Notes under the pieces: model-generated
The model's database searches: none
The model's input: only the letters and a program-made list of their open reading frames with translations
Told to the model about the DNA's origin: nothing
Made by a program: the position numbers and the translations under genes
Assembly (NCBI RefSeq): GCF_037042905.1
Contig: NC_087245.1
Coordinates: forward strand, 21,888,001-21,952,000
Source of the DNA: Lytechinus pictus
Taxonomy: Eukaryota
DNA length: 64,000 nt
Direction: 5' to 3'
Shown here: positions 56,602-64,000 of the stretch, piece after piece
Numbering within the stretch: the stretch's first letter is position 1
Layout: each line of letters begins with the position of its first letter

Positions 56602-56672
56602 GGGCCGTGCCGGGAATCGAACTCCGGACTTCTTTCGTGGTGTAGTAGGGCGCCTTAGACCACTCGGCCACA
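56602..56672 (-). other. tRNA-like Pol III head (SINE head or tRNA pseudogene)
   Basis: TGGCCGAGTGGTCTAAGGCG...GTTCGATTCCC: A and B boxes are present, but the acceptor and anticodon stems do not form well. Confidence 0.6.
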
Positions 56673-56728
56673 CACACACACTCTCACACATATACACACC
56701 CACATACACACATTCTGTTTATTTCTGT

Positions 56729-56792
<64 letters not shown>

Positions 56793-57807
56793 TGTGTGAC
56801 AGAAATAAACAGAATGCGGATGTAGCAATTTGCTCACACTCCTTTTAATGTCAAGTTTTCATCTTTCAACAGGTTTTCATGGGGCTTTTGGGACACAAAA
56901 TTAATGAACAAAATAATAGGCAAATAATAACGAAAATAATGAAGGCAAGCAACAAACACACAATCTAAATGAGCATGCAACAGAAACATAACCAAAAAAA
57001 AACCACAGCTTTCTAACATAAAGCCAAACGTAAATATAATAAAACAAAACGGTATTTTCAGCTAAAGTCAAAAGATGTGTAACGAAAAGTGAAAATATTA
57101 TTTAAAAGTTGCCTAGAATATGCAGGAAGAGGGGGATGATTTGGTGTGTGGATGAAGTGGTGTCCAGTGCAGTGTACATGGTGTAGTGAATTAATACGGT
57201 GAGGGGTTTATAGGGTTTAAGAGGAGGTGGTGAAGCAAAATATAGATAGAAAATCAGAATGCTGCACCCTGTTCATTGTCGACTTACGAATACAGAATAA
57301 CGAGGCAGATGCAAGACTGGCGTATTCTGAAGATACCATAACTTTAATTCCAAGCTTGTGTCTTCATGGTTCAAAGCAAATAAATTGTTATTAAATCTTT
57401 CTAAGACTAAAATATATATACCAAGTTTTGTACTCGATTGATTTACGTGTATAATAATTATTGTTATTTCATCACATCTAATTTACTGTAATCATACATG
57501 GGGAAATACTTATAAATGTCACGTTAAACAGCAAGAACTATAACCAAATTAAATTATTATCCACCAAGTGGTCATCTTTTTCTATGACAAAGGATTTTAA
57601 CATCTTATGACCTAGTTGTTGATTTTTATGTTTTCCATCAATTTGAAATTGTTACCAGATTTTTCTTGTAATAATTAAGTTTACTTTAAACAGTGTGGTT
57701 CACTGACATATGAAACTTGTCAAAAGTCGGATTTCCATGTACACGAGGTCAAATTAAAGTCACGATTAAACTCATTAGTTCATGTTGGTATTAAGAATTG
57801 GAATTAT

Positions 57808-58078
57808 AATAATAGTTAATAGCTGGATTTATAAAGCGCTTTTTGCCAGAGGATACAAAGCGCTGCTATTATTACCCCTACTTTAGCTCGAGCTACCATC
57901 ACCGGCTCTCAGTGCATGCAAGGAATTCCTGCCGGGTACCCATTCACCTCACCTGGGTCGAGTGCAGCACAGTGTGGATAAATTTCTTGCTAAAGGAAAA
58001 CACGCCATGGCTACGATTCGAACTCACGACCCTCTGTTTCGAAGACGAGAGTCAGAGCCACTAGACCACGATGCACCC
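57808..58078 (-). mobile_element. tRNA-derived SINE, same family as 178-697
   Basis: A box TGGTCTAGTGG, B box GTTCGAATC, and a shared core. Confidence 0.78.
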
Positions 58079-58292
58079 ATAAGCATAAGACAGATAGTAC
58101 CTTTGTCGGGCGTTTTTAATTCTTCACATTAAATCCTTAAATTTGATACACTTTTCACCGTGTGATTGCTTGCCGATCGATGTACTATTCTGAGTATGAA
58201 AGTGCTAGTGCGAGAATGGATAGGTTGTGGATGTGTATGTGCACTGCAAAAACTACTGCGATGTTAATTTAACACCAGTCCAGAATCTATAT

Positions 58293-58810
58293 ATGATTTG
58301 ATTTGATTTGATTTATTTATTTCCGTTTCACAATTGTACATAATATAATAAACATATCATAACACGGTCGAAAATACTACAAGACAAAATATAATATATA
58401 TAACATAATCATAGATTTAAGGAACACAATTCAGGAAATAAAGATATCTCAAATGAAATTTGTATTTAAAAGTAAAACGGAGGGACTTGCCGAAAAAAAG
58501 CAAAGCTTGTACAAGAGACAAGCCCCTATCTTAGTTACATTACAAAATTACAAGAAATAAATATTGGGTCTTAATAATAATTTTGTTTAAAAATAAATAC
58601 AAACAATTTTTGTGCACTTGACAAAAACGTAACTGATGGATCGTGTGAGAAAAAATTACGTGTTACAATATCATAAGAGAGGGGGAGGTGAGGGGGGGAA
58701 GACAGGAGGGACAGAGGAGTGCAGTACACTAAGTAGAAAGAAAGAAGAAGCAGCAGCAGGTACTTTGGCTAATTGCAATTTTAAGAAGAAAATAATAAAA
58801 CGAATAATAT
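58293..58810 (-). mobile_element. probable LINE 3' UTR remnant inside an ACACC-type MITE
   Basis: The minus strand ends AATAAATAAA(TCAAA)n. The flanks (58242-58292, 58812-58960) carry inverted ACACCAG/CTGGTGT motifs. Confidence 0.45.
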
Positions 58811-59159
58811 ACATGACCACACCAGAGAAGTGTTAGAACAGCGCCGGTTTGAAATTAATTCGATGCTGTCTTAACACTAATTGGTGTTGTATAGACGACT
58901 ATCTGGAATTAGTCCAAAACCAAACCGGTGTTGTTTTAATACTTCTCTGGTGTGGTCATATTATGGAATATAAATGATTTAGTGCCATACCCGGCAAGCG
59001 TTTCAGCTTTTCTTTCGCTCCTTTTCATATTTTCTAAAGAGTCTAAATTTCCGTTTGTCTATTTTAAGTTATGTACATTATAAACGTATTTTACTCTGTG
59101 TATATGATTATCGCTAAATTAATGAATCTTGATTGTTGAAAAGCTTAAAATATGGTTTA

Positions 59160-59525
59160 CTAAGTTAGCAGGAGACGGTTTTGACCCGAAAATGAGATTC
59201 TTTTAAACTGATGGGAAGCGTCGTTGATTTGATCGATCTGCGAGACACATGACTGCTCGCCTCTCCTTGGAATGCACAAGACGTTTAGAAAACAAGTCTC
59301 GGTGACTTCCCTCTGACAGAGGAAGTCGGCTTGGAGTCCATCAGTCTGTTTGTTGCACCATAATCCGAAGAAACTACATTTTTCGTGTCGGATGATGTGT
59401 TTCCGTTGACTTCGGTGATTGTCGATGTATGTCCGGTCACGCAAAAGGCCAAACGCATACCAAGATTCACTCATGTCCCTCTGATAGTCGCCACGTTTTT
59501 CCGAACTCACTTCAGCCAGTATAGC
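59160..59525 (-). other. possible terminal exon of an unidentified gene
   Basis: Locally higher-GC segment with a strong acceptor (TTTTTTCTATTTTAG|) and a 121-codon open frame; no recognisable motif. Confidence 0.3.
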
Positions 59526-59944
59526 CTAAAATAGAAAAAAAATTAAAGGCCACAAATAATATCTAAACTTTGAAATTGAAATTAAAATTGAGGTGATCGG
59601 AGAATATACATCAAATTGATGCACATCAATGAATTATTTATCAAGTTGAACATATACCATAATCTCATTAGACAAATGAATGAATAAATAAATAAATAAG
59701 ATTATGAAATGTATTCAACTTGATAATAATTCATTGATGTGCATTAATTTGTGATTATAAGCCAAACATGAATCCCCTTGTAATTTTCAGACCGCTTCCG
59801 ACGTACAAAGTCTTGATAAAGAAGAAAGCTAAAGCTAAGAATGGTTTCCTGCGTCATCTTTTGAGTTGACCCTCATCTCATTATGTTACATAGTATATAC
59901 GTTCACCTCAAGAGCGCTAATTGGTACACGTAAAACTTGGCATC

Positions 59945-60000
<56 letters not shown>

Positions 60001-60036
60001 GTGTCGTGTGTCAGAGAGTGGATGCCTGTTTACATT

Positions 60037-60112
<76 letters not shown>

Positions 60113-60211
60113 AATGTAAATTGTTATCTTCATCCATTCCTTTCACAAAATATTTAAATAAAAGAGTTGCCAAAGCTGTTGTACATGTATATATATATAT
60201 ATATATATATA

Positions 60212-60257
<46 letters not shown>

Positions 60258-60336
60258 TTAGATGTGTAGATGCCGATGATTGTGCAAAGTGCTCAATGCT
60301 ATATAAAGCAGAGCATATATTCGTACCTGTTAAACT

Positions 60337-60385
60337 TCTGCTACCGGCGGTTTCACGCCCGGACTTGAGGCGATCTTCAGGCAGA
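60337..60385 (-). ncRNA. minimal type I hammerhead ribozyme
   Basis: Reverse complement of 61755-61803. Confidence 0.85.
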
Positions 60386-60391
60386 CTGACG

Positions 60392-61615
60392 TTATTGGCT
60401 ATTTGTGTGGTGCGGCGGGTCAATTTGACGCTTCGGTGGTTTCCGGTTTGGTCTCGTTCGGTGTCTGCACTTTGAAATAAGTTCCGACCTTTTGTTTAGT
60501 GAGTTTCTGTTTGTTATTATGGACACTTTTTCCTCCAGGCAAAGATTGCACAAGCCACTTTTTCTTTGGTTTAAGTTTGACTTTTTTTCGATTTCCCATG
60601 TTAGCGTAGATTCGATGTTCTTTTCCTTCAGATTCCATGTGTATTTTGAGAGTTGAGTTTCGTTCCGGTATCTTTCATGCTTAAATGATTTGAGGTGGTT
60701 TCTGTATCTATCTTTGAATGTCCCCCCTGCAAGCCCGAAGTAGTGTTTCTCTTCGTTGCCATGTCGGATCGTCGCCTTGTATACCAGAGCCGTCTGCATA
60801 CAGTTTCCTTGTAATGGACATTGGTTTTTTTGCCGACAGTTACATTTTGGCTTATTTTCCGCTCGTGGATTTGATTGCTTAACAACTTTTTGGTTGTGGG
60901 TTTTTATTATGGTATCCATGTTTTTCATGCAACTGTAGCTAACCTTTATTGTGTTCTTATTGAATATTTGGTTCAATTTATGTCCCTTGGGGAAGTGTTT
61001 CATTATTAGCTTTATGAATCTCCCTCCTACGTTGGTTTTCACTTCAGAATTGTAAGGTGGGTTAAACCAGGTGACTTTTCTACTTCTATTTCTTCTTTTT
61101 CTTCCTTCTTCTACTGGTCTGATGTATTTGATGGTTTTGTCATACCCGCTTCTTTTCAGGGCGTCGTCGTATGCTGGCGCTGCTTTCTTGAATAGGTCTT
61201 CGTTAGAAGACAGTGTCGAGAGGCGCTTCTCAACGGCCGCAGGTATTTGGTTGAGGATAGGGGGTGGATGGTTAGATGCCCTATGTACGTAGGTCACCGT
61301 GTCATTAGGTTTTCTATATGGTTGAAAATCGCCTGTGTCTAGGTTGAGGGTGACGTCCAAGTAATCTACGATTTTTTGGTTAGTTTGGATGGTGATGCGT
61401 AGGCCGAGATCATTGAAGACCTTTATGAGGTCTTTTCGCGCCCTGTCCGCCCTGCTCCCTGATGCTCGTCGGAGTACCGCTAGTCCGTCGTCGCGGTATA
61501 GGCCTACACTATAGGTGTTGATTCTTTTGTTTAACTGTGACAGAGCATATAATCCTACGAGCTCGCAAATCTCGGCTCCGTCGTAGGCACCCATGGAAAC
61601 ATCAAATTGCTTTCG
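60392..61615 (-). CDS. Penelope-like RT/GIY-YIG C-terminal 407 aa
   Basis: Open frame. The first 11 aa of the listed ORF come from the inversion junction and are excluded here. Confidence 0.85.
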   Translation of the reverse strand, partial: RKQFDVSMGAYDGAEICELVGLYALSQLNKRINTYSVGLYRDDGLAVLRRASGSRADRARKDLIKVFNDLGLRITIQTNQKIVDYLDVTLNLDTGDFQPYRKPNDTVTYVHRASNHPPPILNQIPAAVEKRLSTLSSNEDLFKKAAPAYDDALKRSGYDKTIKYIRPVEEGRKRRNRSRKVTWFNPPYNSEVKTNVGGRFIKLIMKHFPKGHKLNQIFNKNTIKVSYSCMKNMDTIIKTHNQKVVKQSNPRAENKPKCNCRQKNQCPLQGNCMQTALVYKATIRHGNEEKHYFGLAGGTFKDRYRNHLKSFKHERYRNETQLSKYTWNLKEKNIESTLTWEIEKKSNLNQRKSGLCNLCLEEKVSIITNRNSLNKRSELISKCRHRTRPNRKPPKRQIDPPHHTNSQ

Positions 61616-61754
61616 GTCCATAATAACAAACAGAAACTCACTAAACAAAAGGTCGGAACTTATTTCAAAGTGCAGACACCGAACGAGACCAAACCGGAAA
61701 CCACCGAAGCGTCAAATTGACCCGCCGCACCACACAAATAGCCAATAACGTCAG

Positions 61755-61803
61755 TCTGCCTGAAGATCGCCTCAAGTCCGGGCGTGAAACCGCCGGTAGC
61801 AGA
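61755..61803 (+). ncRNA. minimal type I hammerhead ribozyme
   Basis: Stem I TCTGC/GCAGA, core CTGAAGA, stem II CGCC/GGCG, GAAA, near-palindromic stem III ACCG-C-CGGT, cleavage triplet GTA. Confidence 0.85.
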
Positions 61804-61953
61804 AGTTTAACAGGTACGAATATATGCTCTGCTTTATATAGCATTGAGCACTTTGCACAATCATCGGCATCTACACATCTAAGGATATAACCTGCTCCTT
61901 CAACTGGTTGAGCACTCTTCTTGTCGACGATTTGTCTACATTTGTGTGGTGAG

Positions 61954-63088
61954 ATGGATCAGTTTCACGCAAATTACTCCGGTAAGAATATTCCAATTCC
62001 GCCAAGAAAAGATTACATCAAATGTCTAATAGAAAGTATTGAAAGCGTAATAAAAAGGATGAGATGGAGAGCGCATTTTTTCCTCAGTGCAAACGACAGC
62101 ACAAGCCAAAGTGAAACCGAAGCAAACGACAAAAGAGAGAAATTTGGGTTCAAATCAAAACGCACGCCCCCTCAGATAGATGAAATGACAAACTTTGAAA
62201 ATGATTTATTAGGAATTGTAGATGAGTTGGAATTTAGGCGGGTAAATGACCAATTCCAAAGGAAACTCCGGGAAGATGTTAAGCTTATTAATACTTCAGA
62301 AAAAGTATTCGTTCATGCCGACAAAACCCGGAACATATACATGATGGCCCCCAGGAAATACGAAAAGCTATTGAATGAGAACATTACAAGCAAATACAAG
62401 TCTGCCAACGAAGAAATAATTGAAGAAATCGACCGTGAATCAGAAATGATTGCAAGAAAATTAGACATCGGTGATAGAATAAACAACACACCGGAAAAAG
62501 CAGCGTTCATCACTTTAAAAGACCATAAGGAAAATTTCAAAAACAACCTCCAGGCCAGGTTAATCAACCCTACGAAACCCGAATTAGGCCGGGTTAGCAA
62601 GATAATGCTTGATCGCATTAACAAGCAAATAAAAGCAGAAACCAACCCAAACCAGTGGACCAACACAGCCGATGTAATACAATGGTTCAAAAAGCTACCA
62701 GACAAGGAATCATTATCATTTATTGTATTTGACATAATCGACTTCTACCCCTCCATCACAATCGAGCTATTGTCAACCTGCCTAAGCTGGGCCCAGAAAT
62801 TCACTGCCATCGAAGATGAAGAAATGGAAACGATCATGCACGCAAGGAGAACATTGCTCTTCGACAACAACAACAAAGCGTGGGAAAAAAGAGAAGGCCG
62901 AAAGCAATTTGATGTTTCCATGGGTGCCTACGACGGAGCCGAGATTTGCGAGCTCGTAGGATTATATGCTCTGTCACAGTTAAACAAAAGAATCAACACC
63001 TATAGTGTAGGCCTATACCGCGACGACGGACTAGCGGTACTCCGACGAGCATCAGGGAGCAGGGCGGACAGGGCGCGAAAAGACCTCA
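61954..63088 (+). CDS. Penelope-like ORF N-terminus and RT core (interrupted)
   Basis: ATG at 61954 (MDQFHANYSGKNIPIP). The last 63 aa are identical to the start of the minus-strand copy. Confidence 0.85.
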
Positions 63089-64000
63089 CCCAGGACTAAA
63101 ATCCAGTTGAAACCAATTAGAGCAAAACCAATTGAAACCAGTTGGCCAACTGGTTTCAATAGGGAAATTGGAACAACTGGAACCAATTGAAACCAGTTGC
63201 CAACTGGTTCCAGTTAAAACCAATTGGGCAACTGGAACCAGTTGGCAATTGGTTTCAATTTGTTCCAGTTGAAACCAATTAAGCAACCAGTTGGCAACTG
63301 GTTTCAATTGGTTCCAGTTGTTCCAATTTCCCTATTAAAACCAGTTGAATCCAATTGGAGGCAACTGGTTTCAATTGGTTCCAGTTGAAACCAATTGGAG
63401 GCAACTGGTTTCAACTGGAACCAGTTGAAACTAATTGGTTTCCAACTGGATCCAATTGGAAATTCCAGTTGGAATGAGTTAATGAGTTACAAATTAATTA
63501 TAATTTGCACTAACTATATTGCTCATGCCAACAAAGAAGCAGTGCTATATGTTTATTAATACCAATGTAAAGGGCATTGATAAAATAGACATTTTAATGT
63601 ATATATATTTACATGAAAGATCTTCAAATATATGTATTTGTATTTGATGTAATTTGGTAACAGTTAGTGGTGTACTAATTATCTTATAATCTGTTTTAAT
63701 TATAATCTATAACATTTATGAACATGGTTTTCACTGCTAAGCATTCTAAACACTTATCTGAAACAAGTATGGTACTTGAATTACAAAAGAATTAAATAGA
63801 TACAGTTTAAATGATGATGAATCACATAAAACATTAATCTGTGCACACTGGCAAATAATATGCAAATTAACTGGTTTCAATTGGAACCAGTTGGGTAACT
63901 GGAAAATTTCCAATTGGAAACCAATTGGAAGTCATTTCCAGTTACCCAACTGGATCCAGTTAGGATTTCCAGTTACCAAACAGGTTCCAATTATAATTAA
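63089..64000. repeat. CCAGTTG/CCAATTG short-motif array, probably the arm of an inserted element running past the window
   Basis: Starts abruptly (CCCAGG) inside the Penelope ORF, with dense GAAACCAGTTG/CAACTGGTTTC motifs in both orientations at 63100-63472 and 63868-63993. Confidence 0.7.

Larger units (their letters stand above)
60251..61616 (-). mobile_element. Penelope-like retroelement, 5'-truncated inverted copy (RT C-terminal half, GIY-YIG endonuclease, pLTR)
   Basis: SMG...GLYRDDGL, DYLDVTL, CNC-x5-CPLQGNC, LVY...YFG...FKDRYRNH, CNLCLEEK, LNKRSELISKCRH. It ends at a (TA)n tract. Confidence 0.92.
61616..63088 (+). mobile_element. Penelope-like retroelement, pLTR plus 5' part of the ORF, interrupted at 63088
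   Basis: 61616-61889 is the inverse of 60251-60524. The ORF has HADKTRN, FDIIDFYPSI and YRDD. Confidence 0.92.

Noticed and set aside
56602..56672. Functional tRNA gene
   Set aside because: A and B boxes are present, but the cloverleaf stems do not pair convincingly.
59613..59750. Small imperfect inverted repeat
   Set aside because: An AT-rich MITE-like relic with no clear TSD.

Overview
AT-rich, intron-containing animal DNA; the repeat landscape suggests a marine invertebrate, probably a sea urchin (inference). I can assemble two host genes with phase-consistent GT-AG junctions. The first is an otopetrin proton-channel gene on + with 8 coding exons (4349-18911, about 641 aa) and an unusual Gly/Tyr-rich loop. 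The second is a convergent two-exon TRIM gene on - (52055-45052, 606 aa; RING, B-box, coiled coil, beta-propeller-like C-terminus). Between them, 23.1-45.3 kb is a tandem triplication of the TRIM 3' end. The two distal copies are split at the same site by a 6-8 kb hAT-like element that holds a PHD-EN-RT LINE and further nested MITEs. Two Academ-like elements lie in the TRIM intron and just upstream of its start. The window ends with a very young, inverted Penelope-like retroelement pair carrying two minimal hammerhead ribozymes. I found no clear evidence of a wholly new biological system. The notable items are unusual arrangements of known element classes. All family assignments come from motif recognition, not database searches.
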